Positions 27,865-37,680 of a DNA stretch of 37,772 nucleotides are shown here, piece by piece. The first letter of the stretch is position 1. The number at the start of each line of letters is the position of its first letter. Location: positions 1-37,772 of the forward strand of contig ONHJ01000002.1 in NCBI GenBank assembly GCA_900317595.1. The letters are read 5' to 3'. Position numbers and translations under genes: made by a program. The notes below the pieces were generated by a model, which was not told the origin of the DNA, ran no database searches, and saw only the letters and a list, made by a program, of their open reading frames with translations. This DNA comes from an uncultured Eubacteriales bacterium. Lineage in GTDB: Bacteria > Bacillota > Clostridia > Oscillospirales > Acutalibacteraceae.

Positions 27865-28386
27865 TCAGCATTTGATCTGGCAGCTTCTCATGGTTATGAG
27901 CGCCGCTTCATGCGCCTGCGGAGTAACGCCGGCGCAGCAGGCGGCGTCGACGCTTATTTCGGTCTCGGGAAAGCTTGCCTTGAGCAGCAGCGCATTGCTG
28001 ACCACGCAGATGTCGGTGCATAGACCGACAAGCTCGATGTCAAAATCATCGCCCTGCGCCGCGACGCCGATCATCTCGGGCAAATCGATCGAGCCGAAGG
28101 TCACCTTTTCCACGGGCGTATAGCCCTTTTCGTCCAGAGCGGCGGCGACCGTCTTGTCGAGCGCCCAGCCCTCGGTGCCCTTGATGCAGTGGGGAACGGG
28201 CAGGTTTTTGCCCTCGGCGGTCTGCATATAATTCTCAAAATGGGTGTCAAAGGTCGCGAATATCTCTCCGTCGAAATTCCTGATCTTTTCCGCGACGGCA
28301 GGCACTATCGCCACGGCTTCCTTTGTGCCGAGCGCGCCGTCTACAAAATCCTTCTGCATATCGACTACAACCAAAAAATGCTTCAT
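27865..28386 (-). CDS. pncA: Nicotinamidase (isochorismatase family)
   Basis: VVDMQKDFVDGALG, DTH, HCIKGTEGW and GLCTDICV; start trimmed to MKHFL after AGGAGG. Confidence 0.9.
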   Translation of the reverse strand: MKHFLVVVDMQKDFVDGALGTKEAVAIVPAVAEKIRNFDGEIFATFDTHFENYMQTAEGKNLPVPHCIKGTEGWALDKTVAAALDEKGYTPVEKVTFGSIDLPEMIGVAAQGDDFDIELVGLCTDICVVSNALLLKASFPETEISVDAACCAGVTPQAHEAALITMRSCQIKC

Positions 28387-28387
28387 G

Positions 28388-29209
28388 TCAAGCCTCCTGT
28401 TTTCTTTTGTACAGCTTTGCGGGACGGTGACCCGCGCCGCCGGTGTATTCTTCCGTTTCCTCCACCAAGCCCGCGATCTTGCGGCGGAAATTGGCGGACT
28501 GCATCGAGACATTCAAGATGGTTTCCTGCACGTTCTGCAGCTCGGTGAGCGTGAACTTTTCCGGCAGAAAATCAAAGATCATCTCAAAATCCCTTGCGCA
28601 GCCCCGCAGCGCGGTAAGCGCGGCGGCTATGATCTTAGCGTGGTCAAAGGCGAGACTGCCGCTGTCGAGCACGCTGAAGGCGCTGATCCCGAAAGCGCTT
28701 TTTTCCTCTTTGAGCACCGCCCTGAGACTCACGTCCTCATGCGTCAGCGTCAGTGCTTCGGTCCCGTCTTCTGCGCGTTCAAAGCTGACCTCGAACCACT
28801 GCGCGTCGGCGGCGTCATCGCCCGACCTCTGCTCCGGCTTTTCCGCGCCCAATACCGAAACAAATGCGTTTGAAATGATCCAGCCGCGCGGGTCGCGGTC
28901 GGGCTCGCTGAATAATCCTATCGACATCAGCGACACGGGCTTGACGGCGGTTTCTTCCTCTATTTCGCGCAGCGCGCACTGCTCGATCGTTTCGCCCGGG
29001 TTCAAAAATCCGCCCGGCAGCGCCCAGCAGCCCTTGAAAGGGTGACCTCCGCGCTTGATGAGCAAAAGCAGCAGCTTCGGCTGAGCGTTGCGTCGGTAAT
29101 TGTCTGACGCTTCGCTCGAAAGCGTGAAGGCGACCACATCAGCCGTCACCGACGGCCGCGGATAATCGTCCTGGCGATACTGCCGCAAAAAGCTTTGTTC
29201 GTCCTGCAT
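28388..29209 (-). CDS. nrtR: NrtR-family NUDIX-wHTH transcriptional regulator
   Basis: PSVTAD, WALPGGF Nudix box, RDPRG, LAFDH, FTLTELQ, NFRRKI and HRPAKLY; heads the NAD salvage operon. Confidence 0.88.
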   Translation of the reverse strand: MQDEQSFLRQYRQDDYPRPSVTADVVAFTLSSEASDNYRRNAQPKLLLLLIKRGGHPFKGCWALPGGFLNPGETIEQCALREIEEETAVKPVSLMSIGLFSEPDRDPRGWIISNAFVSVLGAEKPEQRSGDDAADAQWFEVSFERAEDGTEALTLTHEDVSLRAVLKEEKSAFGISAFSVLDSGSLAFDHAKIIAAALTALRGCARDFEMIFDFLPEKFTLTELQNVQETILNVSMQSANFRRKIAGLVEETEEYTGGAGHRPAKLYKRKQEA

Positions 29210-29227
29210 CGCGTTTTCCTCCTTTTG

Positions 29228-29270
29228 TTAATTTCATATTGATTATAACACATTGATATTTACATTTCAA
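29228..29270 (-). promoter_or_regulatory. Promoter of the NAD operon with overlapping NrtR-like operator
   Basis: Minus strand TTGAAA-N17-TATAAT; 21-bp imperfect palindrome TTATAATCAATATGAAATTAA (29228-29248) covers the -10. Confidence 0.65.
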
Positions 29271-29443
29271 TACTTTTCCGAAATTTTTTTAAAAAAACCT
29301 GATTTTCCTTTTTCAGCGCAGTATTTCTATCATAATAACACAAAAACATAAACAAAACTTCACATTTAATTCACAATACCGTTAAGTCGCCTTCAAAAAA
29401 AGGGGGTAGTATATAGTCACAGCAGATGAAGGAGGTGAATCCG

Positions 29444-29860
29444 ATGTTCACAAATCAGCCGTCGGTCGTAGCCTGTGTAACGAGCCAATACGAATGTGAC
29501 CGAATCATAGAGACCGCCGAACAGCTTGCCGCGGAATATGACTGTGAGCTCCATGTGTTAAGCGTGTTGATGCCGACCGAAAACTATGCGCTCATCAGCG
29601 ATCAGCTCGAATATCTCAACCGTGTGTCAAAATACGCGGGCGCGGATATGACCGTGATTTTCAGCAGCGACGCTCCGAAGGCGGCGGCAAAGTTTGTCAG
29701 GGAAAACAACGCCCTGCAGATCGTAACAGGGATCCACGACGGCGGTCACGAGAGCTTTTTGATCCGCTTTAATCAAATGGTTCCCGAAATGCCCATTACA
29801 ATGGTAGACAAAAACCGCAATGTCTACACGATGGACACGCGCGTAAGTCGCAAAGCATAG
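29444..29860 (+). CDS. Universal-stress-protein-like (KdpD Usp-like) small protein
   Basis: VVACVT, RIIETAEQLA, LHVLSV and QIVTG pattern; ATG 29444 after AAGGAGGTG. Confidence 0.72.
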   Translation: MFTNQPSVVACVTSQYECDRIIETAEQLAAEYDCELHVLSVLMPTENYALISDQLEYLNRVSKYAGADMTVIFSSDAPKAAAKFVRENNALQIVTGIHDGGHESFLIRFNQMVPEMPITMVDKNRNVYTMDTRVSRKA

Positions 29861-29973
29861 TTTAGAAGGTATATTTTATATAATCGTTTATCAATAAACA
29901 CATCAAAGACATAAAAGCATTTTAATTTTACTAATTCCCAATCTCCTTTCTTTATCATAAATAATCTCTCTCA

Positions 29974-30009
29974 AAAAAAGCGCTCCGCTGAAAATGCGGA
30001 GCGTTTTTT
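29974..30009. terminator. Bidirectional intrinsic terminator
   Basis: aaaaaaagcgctccgc-tgaaaat-gcggagcgtttttt. Confidence 0.85.
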
Positions 30010-30022
30010 CCGTGCTGTGTGT

Positions 30023-30469
30023 TCAATCGTTTGATGAAAGCCGTTTTTTGATCTCTTCGCACAGCAGATCGGCGTCGCCGTTCACGCCGTCGAAGCGGAA
30101 ATCATATTCGCCGCTGTCAAATATGCCGTGCTTTCTTTCGAGCATCGCGGCGACAGGCGCGGGAAGAACGCCGTTCATTCTTGAAGCGAACCGCGCCTTT
30201 ATCGTGTCGATGTCGGCGCTCACCAGTATTCTCAGCGCGCCGTCGGGCAGCAGTCTGAGCAGGTCGCGGTCGGCAATAACGTAGACGATGCCGCCGCATG
30301 AAACGGCGCTGTTCAGCTTCTTTTTGAAAAGCGCTTCTGCCTCACCTTCGGATTTCGCCATTCTCAGGTAATCCTTGCCCGTGATGATCTCCGCGCCGAG
30401 CGCGTTTTTTATTTTTTCCGCGAGCGTTGATTTTCCGCTGCAGTTTTCTCCGATCAATGCGATTACCAT
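30023..30469 (-). CDS. Small P-loop NTPase, nucleotide/shikimate kinase-like
   Basis: IALIGENCSGKST Walker A at the N-terminus; RFASR lid-like motif. Confidence 0.7.
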   Translation of the reverse strand: MVIALIGENCSGKSTLAEKIKNALGAEIITGKDYLRMAKSEGEAEALFKKKLNSAVSCGGIVYVIADRDLLRLLPDGALRILVSADIDTIKARFASRMNGVLPAPVAAMLERKHGIFDSGEYDFRFDGVNGDADLLCEEIKKRLSSND

Positions 30470-30470
30470 C

Positions 30471-31163
30471 TTATTCCCTCCATGGGCGCTTTTTGCCTGT
30501 CCAGCCCTTTTCCTTCCAGTAGGCGACGTCAGCCTCGTTCCAGCCGCGCTTTTGCAACAAGCGCATGATGTTGAAAAAGCCCTTGGTTTTCAAGCCCGAG
30601 CTCACTCTGCCGTGCTTGGCTGTGATTTTTTGCGCGAGGGCGTCGACCGCCTTTTCTATCGAGCGCTTTTTCTTTTCGCTGACGCTGTTCCAGTCGACAG
30701 CCGACACCGCGACGCCGTATTTGTAGGTCTTGGCGATGCCCCAGAAAAACAGGCTGTCAGCCATGTCCTTGTTGGTCGATTTCATGCCCGCGCCCGCAGC
30801 GGTGGAAATGCAGACGCCCTGCTTGCGGAACATCATCTCGTCGGGTCGGTGCACCATCCAGCGCCAGCCGTAGTGGTCGAGCAGCGCTTTCATAGCGCCT
30901 GTGGCGTGGTAAACGTAAACGGGACTTGCGAGGATTATCAGATCGGCGTCGTCGATCGCCGCCGTTATCGGGGCAAGCGCCTGATAATGCGGGCATTTTG
31001 TCTCGCTTTTTCCAAAGCACTGCAGGCAGCCGCAGCAAAATTCGCCGAAATCCCTCGGCAGGAAAAACTCCGTGACCGCGCAGTCGAGCTTGTCCGTAAG
31101 CATACGCGCGATGTGATATGTGGAGCCTTTATGGTTTTGTCCGTGGATTATTACTGCTTTCAC
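30471..31163 (-). CDS. Flavodoxin-like NAD(P)H-dependent FMN reductase / iron-sulfur flavoprotein
   Basis: HGQNHKGST, CCGCLQC...CPH and ILASPVY; GTG start. Confidence 0.85.
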   Translation of the reverse strand: MKAVIIHGQNHKGSTYHIARMLTDKLDCAVTEFFLPRDFGEFCCGCLQCFGKSETKCPHYQALAPITAAIDDADLIILASPVYVYHATGAMKALLDHYGWRWMVHRPDEMMFRKQGVCISTAAGAGMKSTNKDMADSLFFWGIAKTYKYGVAVSAVDWNSVSEKKKRSIEKAVDALAQKITAKHGRVSSGLKTKGFFNIMRLLQKRGWNEADVAYWKEKGWTGKKRPWRE

Positions 31164-31177
31164 GGAAATCGCTTCCT

Positions 31178-31864
31178 TTACTTTATTTTCAGTGTCTTAA
31201 GATACAGCTTTGTTTCGTCCGGGACGCGGCGGCTCTCCACCGCCTTTTGTATCGCTTTGTTATGTGTCCGTTTGTCGAGCCTTTGCCCGGTGAAAAACGG
31301 CAGCGTGCTTTCATATTGCTTGGCAAGCGCCGTTGCGAAATACCACGCCCGCATCATGTTGACATAGTAATCCTCAGAGCGGATATCCGCCACCGCCGCG
31401 GGAAAGCGCGGGTCAAAGCCGTCGCCGAGGAAGTTGTCCATCAGCATTTTTACGGCAAAGCGAACGGTGTATGTTCTGTCCGACTCAAGCCATTTTTCGA
31501 TATGCGGCAGCAGCGCGCTTCGGTGCTTTTTAAAAGCCTTCGGGGTCGTTTGGTCGCAGACCGCCCAGTTGTCGATGTACGGCAGCAGCCGCTCGACCTC
31601 CTCCACGCATTTCTCAAAATCCTTTTCAAGCGATACGGTGAAGGCGTGGAGCTGGTATTCGTCAAAATACCGGTGGGGCAGAGCTGAGAGGAATATCTCT
31701 TTGTCGTCCCTTTTTGCAAGCTCCGCGGCAAAGGCTCTTAGCTCGGGCGTGCGCACGCCGATAAAATCCCCGATATCAACGGTGGGGATAAGCTTGCTCT
31801 GAAAATCTCTGTATGCTTCGTCGCGCAGCTCAAAAAGTCTGCTTATTATTTCATCATTTATCAT
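31178..31864 (-). CDS. DNA alkylation repair protein (AlkD-like HEAT-repeat glycosylase)
   Basis: IGVRTPELR, IDNWAVCD and YYVNMMRAWYFATALAK. Confidence 0.88.
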   Translation of the reverse strand: MINDEIISRLFELRDEAYRDFQSKLIPTVDIGDFIGVRTPELRAFAAELAKRDDKEIFLSALPHRYFDEYQLHAFTVSLEKDFEKCVEEVERLLPYIDNWAVCDQTTPKAFKKHRSALLPHIEKWLESDRTYTVRFAVKMLMDNFLGDGFDPRFPAAVADIRSEDYYVNMMRAWYFATALAKQYESTLPFFTGQRLDKRTHNKAIQKAVESRRVPDETKLYLKTLKIK

Positions 31865-31902
31865 TTTTCTCGCTCCGTGCAGGAAATATCATATCGGTGC
31901 GG

Positions 31903-33501
31903 TCACAGCGCCGCGAAAAGCGCCGCGCCCTTTGTTTTCAGCCAATGGAACAGCCACAGGGATACTCCCGCGAAAACGCCCGACATTATCGCCAGATACG
32001 CGGCAAGACCGATGCGATATCCGATCAGGAAGTACGGCGCGGCAGCCAGAGCCGCGATGCCCCAGCTTCCGAAGACCGCCAGCAAGATCGCGCCGCTCTG
32101 CTTTATCGGGATCATGTCGCTCGTCCATTCGAGCATCGGAAACCTTATCCCCGCGAAGGTGCCGAACAGCGCCGAGAACACGCCGAAGATCAGCGCCGAA
32201 ACGCAGATCATCAGCCGATCCCCGATCGGGGCGCGCACGGCGATGACCGCGCAGACCGACGTGAACAGCATGGGTATCTCCGTCAGAATAAGCTGCACGG
32301 CGGTTTTGGCGAACAGGGCGGTTTTTGGCTCTACAGGCAGAGATTGCGGTATCCAGATGTTTTTTCCCTCAAGCGATACCGACGGAGCCGCCGTGCTGAC
32401 CGAGGACGCCGCGATAAGCAGCGCCGAGCAGAGCATCATTTCCGCAAAGCTTTGATCGTTTTGCAGCACGATGTTGATCGATCGCAGAAAATCGCCGCCC
32501 ATAATCAGCAAAAACACTCCGACGGCGGGTATGAACAGGACGCCCATGCCGCAGTTGAGCATATAGTTCGGGCTTGAGACAAAGCGCGAAAACTCCTTGC
32601 CCAGCAGAGCGCCGAAGGTTGATCGCTGCTTTGCGGTTTTTTCGGTGTAGCGCGCTTTTTTGACGCTGCCGGTCGCTGTGGCTATCCTCAAAAAGCTGCG
32701 TGACAGGACAAAAAGCGTCAGCCACAGCAGAGCGGCGACCGCCGCCGAGAAGATAAGCATAGCCGCGACGTTGCCCTCGCCGACGCTGCCGTAAAGATAC
32801 AGCGCGTAGGCGTTGTTTTTTATGCCGGCTCCGTAGACCGCCGCGTTGCTCAAAAGCTCCTTGATCCATTCCTGCGCCTTGAAATAAACAAAGTAATAGA
32901 GCGCAAAGCCCGCAAGGGAGATCAGCACGATTATTATACTTTTGTTTTTCAGCTTAAGGCTGATTTTTGCGACCACCCAGCCCAGCGCGCAGGAGAGGAT
33001 CAGCACTGCCGAGGTGACTGTCAGAAAATACACGATGCCGCCGATTATATTAAGCGCCGTGACTCCCGCGACGATCCAATAGACGATCATCGTGGGCAGC
33101 AAAACGACTGCGGAATACATCACGCCGAGCAAATACACATTGATAAGCCTTGCGGCAATCACTGTGCGCACGGGTATCGGCATGCAGAGCAGCAGGTCGT
33201 TGTCCTTCGGCAGATACAGCCCCGAATAGGTGTTGAAAACACTGCCGAACGCGCCGAGGACGACCGCTATCCCGCTCATCAGCGCGAAATACAGCCAGCC
33301 CATCTCCGCCTTGTGAAGAGGTCCGCAAAGCCCCAGCGCCATAAATGTGAACATTCCGCCCATGACGCCTATCATCAAAAAGCCGAAAAACGCGAACATC
33401 AGGATGATGTTTGCTTTTGAGCGCGGCTTGTTGGTTTTTCGGTTATAAAAGTAGGCTTTAAAAACCTCGGCAAACTGCTTTTTGATCAATATCTTCAGCA
33501 A
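31903..33501 (-). CDS. ABC-2 type exporter permease
   Basis: About 12-14 TM; KDNDLLLCMPIP and SVSLEGKNIWIPQSLPV; abuts the ABC ATPase. Confidence 0.88.
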   Translation of the reverse strand: MLKILIKKQFAEVFKAYFYNRKTNKPRSKANIILMFAFFGFLMIGVMGGMFTFMALGLCGPLHKAEMGWLYFALMSGIAVVLGAFGSVFNTYSGLYLPKDNDLLLCMPIPVRTVIAARLINVYLLGVMYSAVVLLPTMIVYWIVAGVTALNIIGGIVYFLTVTSAVLILSCALGWVVAKISLKLKNKSIIIVLISLAGFALYYFVYFKAQEWIKELLSNAAVYGAGIKNNAYALYLYGSVGEGNVAAMLIFSAAVAALLWLTLFVLSRSFLRIATATGSVKKARYTEKTAKQRSTFGALLGKEFSRFVSSPNYMLNCGMGVLFIPAVGVFLLIMGGDFLRSINIVLQNDQSFAEMMLCSALLIAASSVSTAAPSVSLEGKNIWIPQSLPVEPKTALFAKTAVQLILTEIPMLFTSVCAVIAVRAPIGDRLMICVSALIFGVFSALFGTFAGIRFPMLEWTSDMIPIKQSGAILLAVFGSWGIAALAAAPYFLIGYRIGLAAYLAIMSGVFAGVSLWLFHWLKTKGAALFAAL

Positions 33502-34209
33502 TTACTCCGCCTCCAACTCCAAAAAGACTTCCTCAAGGCTTTCGTCGCCCCTGACGTCCTCCATAGTGCCGGACTTGATAAGCCTGCCCTGCTTGATGAT
33601 AGCCACCTTGTCGCACAGCTTTTCGGCCACCTCGAGCACATGGGTCGAGAAGAAGATAGCGCCGCCGCCAAGGCAGTGCTCACGCATCATTTCCTTAAGC
33701 TTGAACGCCGCCTTTGGGTCAAGCCCTACAAACGGCTCGTCCATAACGATCAGCTTCGGGTCGTGCAGCCACGCCGCGATAACGCTCAGCTTTTGCTTCA
33801 TGCCGTGCGAATATGCCGAGATCGGCTGCGCCAGATCGGAGGTCAGCTCAAACAGATCGGCGTATTTTTTGATTTTTTCCTGCCGCTCCCGCGCCGGCAC
33901 CCCGAAAATATCGGCGACAAAATTCAGGAATTTTATCCCGGTCATAAAGTCGTACAGATCGGGGTTGTCGGGGATATAGGCGAGGTCGCGCTTGCATTGC
34001 AGGGGGTCTTTTTTCAGCGAGGTCCCGTTGATGAAGATCTCGCCCTCGTCAAAATTCAAAATCCCCACCGCGCTCTTCAGCGTGGTGGTTTTTCCGGCGC
34101 CGTTGTGGCCGATAAAGCCGTATATCTCGCCGGGACGGATATGGAGCGAGAGATTGTCAACAGCCTTTTTCTCGCCGTATTTTTTTGTTAAGTTCTCAAT
34201 TCTAAGCAT
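33502..34209 (-). CDS. ABC transporter ATP-binding protein
   Basis: GHNGAGKTT, YSHGMKQK, MDEP and STH. Confidence 0.96.
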   Translation of the reverse strand: MLRIENLTKKYGEKKAVDNLSLHIRPGEIYGFIGHNGAGKTTTLKSAVGILNFDEGEIFINGTSLKKDPLQCKRDLAYIPDNPDLYDFMTGIKFLNFVADIFGVPARERQEKIKKYADLFELTSDLAQPISAYSHGMKQKLSVIAAWLHDPKLIVMDEPFVGLDPKAAFKLKEMMREHCLGGGAIFFSTHVLEVAEKLCDKVAIIKQGRLIKSGTMEDVRGDESLEEVFLELEAE

Positions 34210-34373
34210 TTTTATCTGTTCCTCGGAAAAATTCCGCGCGCAAAAGAGGCTTTTTCAGCCCCCTTTGCGCATAATTACAAATTTGTTATTCGTCGCGTGT
34301 GGTTAATAATGCTGACAGCATTGACGCGCGAAGAAATCAAGAAAAACCCGCAATTTGGGGCGAATATAAAAAT

Positions 34374-35426
34374 TTAATGCAATCTGTCTGCCGCGCCGAA
34401 GCCGTTTTGCAGGTCAAAGCTCATATTATGCGCGAATTTGCCCATCACGTCAGAGGGGTCGATCATGCCAAACTTCACCTTTGAGAGGGTGGCACGGTCA
34501 AAATCGACTGACAAAACGGTCACGCCGTCGAGCACCGCGTGAACCACGGTGCGGTTTACGGGAAGCAGAGCGAACATATCGCGCGCTATGCGAATTGCCA
34601 TACTGCACACGAAATCCTGAGTCAGGTCGTTGAACTGGAACTGATTGAGATTGCGGCGCGCGTCCGAAAGCACCTCGTCATTTACGGTGAACTCGACCTC
34701 CATTTTGCCGGGGTTGTCGGTGCCGAACTCGAAGTTTGAGCCGTATTCGATCAGGTCGTCGAGGGGGTTCACCTCGGCGATAAGGCGGAGATAGGTGTCG
34801 ATATCGCCCATCATCACCGACTGCGCGACCGAGTGATAATACGTCCACATCTCCTGATTGTAGGAGTCGTCGGGAGCTATCGGCGAGGCTTGGATTTCCA
34901 TCCAGTCCACCGTGTCGTCGGCAGTTTTGTGGATGGATTTCAGCGCCGCCGCGTCTACCTGCCTTGCGGTGTATGCGGGAGCAGCCGCCATCGGCGCGGC
35001 AGATGAGGATGAAGCCGCCGAGCTTGAAGCCGGATAGCCGCCGCCGGGGTTGTAGGCGGGGTATTTGCTTGTGGCGCTGCCTGCGGCGATTTCCGGAGCT
35101 GCGGCTTCGGGCAGTGCTTTTTTGGAGGCTTTTGCCTTTTTCTCGGTCTTTTCCGCCTTTTCCGCCTTTTCTGTTTTAGTCTTTTTTTCGGCTTTTTCTT
35201 TCTTTTCCTTTTTATCGTCCTTGCTCTTGAAGGGGTTCGTGATCTTCTTTCTGTCGGTGTAATAGATGCCGGTGCCGGGAATGCTCACGGTCGTGGTGGT
35301 CTGACCCTTGGTGTTGATGCTCTTGCGCAGACCCTTGACGCCGCCGCTCAGGCTGACGCCGCCCTTGCTCAGATTCACCTTTACGCCGGGTAAGATCGAA
35401 ATACTCTTGCGAAAATTAAGTCCCAT
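34374..35426 (-). CDS. DUF4236-domain protein
   Basis: FRKSISILPGVKVNLSKGGVS...SIPGTGIYY N-terminal domain, K/E-rich and A/S/P-rich linker, acidic C-terminal domain. Confidence 0.82.
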   Translation of the reverse strand: MGLNFRKSISILPGVKVNLSKGGVSLSGGVKGLRKSINTKGQTTTTVSIPGTGIYYTDRKKITNPFKSKDDKKEKKEKAEKKTKTEKAEKAEKTEKKAKASKKALPEAAAPEIAAGSATSKYPAYNPGGGYPASSSAASSSSAAPMAAAPAYTARQVDAAALKSIHKTADDTVDWMEIQASPIAPDDSYNQEMWTYYHSVAQSVMMGDIDTYLRLIAEVNPLDDLIEYGSNFEFGTDNPGKMEVEFTVNDEVLSDARRNLNQFQFNDLTQDFVCSMAIRIARDMFALLPVNRTVVHAVLDGVTVLSVDFDRATLSKVKFGMIDPSDVMGKFAHNMSFDLQNGFGAADRLH

Positions 35427-35542
35427 AATATCCTCCTTGATTGTGAAAAATTGCTTTCCTTAATTATACTTTAATCGGCGCGATTTTTCAACAGCTTTTT
35501 GGCGGCGGCGCCGTTTTTCTTTTGCTTTTTGTGAAGGGCGCG

Positions 35543-35583
35543 AAAAAACGGCGGGCCGCACCGCAAAGGCATGACCCGCCGTT
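35543..35583 (-). terminator. rny terminator
   Basis: Minus strand aacggcgggtc...gcccgccgtttttt. Confidence 0.7.
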
Positions 35584-35614
35584 GATTGATTTTTTAAATT
35601 TATCCGAAGCCTTG

Positions 35615-37174
35615 TTACTTCGCGAATTCCGCCGCGCGGCTTTCTCTGATGATGTTGACCTTGATCTGTCCGGGGTACTCCAGCTCTTCCTCGATCTTTT
35701 TGCAGATCTCTCTGGCAAGCGGCACCATGCGCTCGTCCTTGACGGATTCGGGCTTGACCATGACGCGCACCTCTCTGCCCGCCTGGATGGCGTAGCAGTT
35801 TTCAACGCCCGGGAACGACGAGGCGACCTCTTCAAGCTTCTGCAGGCGCTTGATGTAGTTTTCGACATTCTCTCTTCTCGCGCCGGGTCTTGCGGCTGAC
35901 AGCGCGTCGGCTGCCTGAACGAGGATAGCGACGATGGTTTTTGCCTCTACGTCGCCGTGGTGAGCGTGGATCGCGTGGATTACCGCGTCGCTTTCCTTAT
36001 ACTTTCTGGCGAGGTCAACGCCGATCTGGATATGCGTGCCCTCGACCTCGTGGTCGATCGATTTGCCGATATCATGCAGCAGACCCGCGCGCTTGGCAAG
36101 CGTGGGATCGATGCCCAGCTCGCTCGCCATCATACCGGCGAGATACGCCACCTCGATAGAGTGCTTGAGCACGTTCTGACCGTAGCTGGTGCGGTAGCGC
36201 AGGCGGCCGAGCAGCTTGACGAGCTCGGGATGCACATTGTGGAGGCCCAGCTCCAGAACAGCGCGTTCGCCGTCTTTTTTGATTGTCGCGTCGACCTCGC
36301 GGCGCGCCTTTTCAATGGTTTCCTCGATCCTGGCGGGATGTATGCGTCCGTCAGAGATCAGTCTTTCAAGCGCTATTCTCGCCACCTCGCGCCTGACAGG
36401 CTCGAAGCAGGACAGGGTGATCGCCTCGGGAGTATCGTCGATAATAAGATCGACGCCCGTAAGCGTTTCGATCGCGCGGACGTTTCTGCCCTCGCGGCCG
36501 ATGATGCGTCCCTTCATTTCATCATTGGGAAGGGGAACGACCGAAATCGTAGCTTCCGTCACATATTCGGCGGCAAGCTTCTGGATCGACAGCGAAATGA
36601 TGTTTCTCGCTTTTTCGTCGGCTTCTTCTTTAAGCTGCTCCTGATATTCCATGATCTTCACGGATTTTTCGTGGGTCAGCTCGTTTTCCAATTGGGAGAG
36701 TAAGTGATTCTTCGCCTGCTCGGCGGTATAGCCCGAAATTTTTTCGAGCATCTCAAACTGGCTTTTCTTGAGGGCTTCGATCTCCTCAAGCTTTTTGTCA
36801 GCTTCCTTGATTTTCTTGGCTGCTTTTTCTTCTTTCTTCTCGACGTTGTCCAGCTTGCGGTCCAGCGTTTCTTCCTTTTGCTGGATGCGTCGCTCCTGAC
36901 GCTGCACCTCGCGGCGGCGGTCGGCGATCTCTTTTTCGCTTTCATTGCGGAAGCGGTGCACTTCTTCCTTGCCCTCAAGCACCAGCTCCTTTTTCTTTGC
37001 CTCGGCGTTTTTGATCGCGTCTGACACAATGCGCCTTGCCTCTTCCTCGGCGCCGCCGATCTCCTTTTCAGCGGTATTTTTGCGGATAGTGATACCGATG
37101 AATACGCCCAAAGCGCCGGCGACCAGCGCGGCTGCGACGAGAATCAGAACAAAAACAACAGGTTCTAACTGCAT
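35615..37174 (-). CDS. rny: Ribonuclease Y
   Basis: N-terminal TM, coiled coil, KH motif [13 protein letters not shown] motif [19 protein letters not shown]. Confidence 0.98.
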   Translation of the reverse strand: MQLEPVVFVLILVAAALVAGALGVFIGITIRKNTAEKEIGGAEEEARRIVSDAIKNAEAKKKELVLEGKEEVHRFRNESEKEIADRRREVQRQERRIQQKEETLDRKLDNVEKKEEKAAKKIKEADKKLEEIEALKKSQFEMLEKISGYTAEQAKNHLLSQLENELTHEKSVKIMEYQEQLKEEADEKARNIISLSIQKLAAEYVTEATISVVPLPNDEMKGRIIGREGRNVRAIETLTGVDLIIDDTPEAITLSCFEPVRREVARIALERLISDGRIHPARIEETIEKARREVDATIKKDGERAVLELGLHNVHPELVKLLGRLRYRTSYGQNVLKHSIEVAYLAGMMASELGIDPTLAKRAGLLHDIGKSIDHEVEGTHIQIGVDLARKYKESDAVIHAIHAHHGDVEAKTIVAILVQAADALSAARPGARRENVENYIKRLQKLEEVASSFPGVENCYAIQAGREVRVMVKPESVKDERMVPLAREICKKIEEELEYPGQIKVNIIRESRAAEFAK

Positions 37175-37447
37175 CTCCCTGACACCTCCTTGTTCTCTCG
37201 TTTTTTTAAAAGATTAACAGCTTTGATAAAACAAAACCTTTGGGGTGCCGTTACGTTTCAGATATTCAATTTTAACAAGATATACAATATTTTTTAAAAA
37301 TGTAAAAAAGGAAATAATGTTATTAAAAAATATCTATAAATAACGGCTCCCGAAAGAGTCTGATTACAAAAGCAAATAACGGCACCTTGAATGCAACTAT
37401 TCAAAAGCCGTCGCTTCGCAGACCCCATAGTAATGGAATCTAAAGTA

Positions 37448-37476
37448 ATTTTATAATAAAATCAAGCGGTTGTCAA
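37448..37476 (-). promoter_or_regulatory. Candidate sigma-A promoter for rny
   Basis: Minus strand TTGACA-N17-TAAAAT about 270 nt upstream of the start codon. Confidence 0.6.
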
Positions 37477-37680
37477 TAAGTTAGTGTGTATTTTGTTAAA
37501 AAATAATTCTTTATCGCAATAATCTATCTGGTTATTACAGAATAGTCCAGAAAGGCGGTGAATTTTGTGTAAGTCGCAAAATAAAAATAAAAAAATTAAG
37601 TTATTTTTTTATCAAACTATTGAAGAAATGAAAAAAATGTAATATAATAGAGTTACCTTAATATTTTAGGAGGAATTATT

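Noticed and set aside
30375-32577. Plus-strand ORFs of 330, 189, 254 and 192 aa
   Set aside because: Antisense shadows of the flavodoxin-like, AlkD-like and permease genes
37240-37445. 6S RNA or a known riboswitch upstream of rny
   Set aside because: I could not see the 6S rod with central bubble or any known aptamer consensus; kept only as an unassigned structured leader
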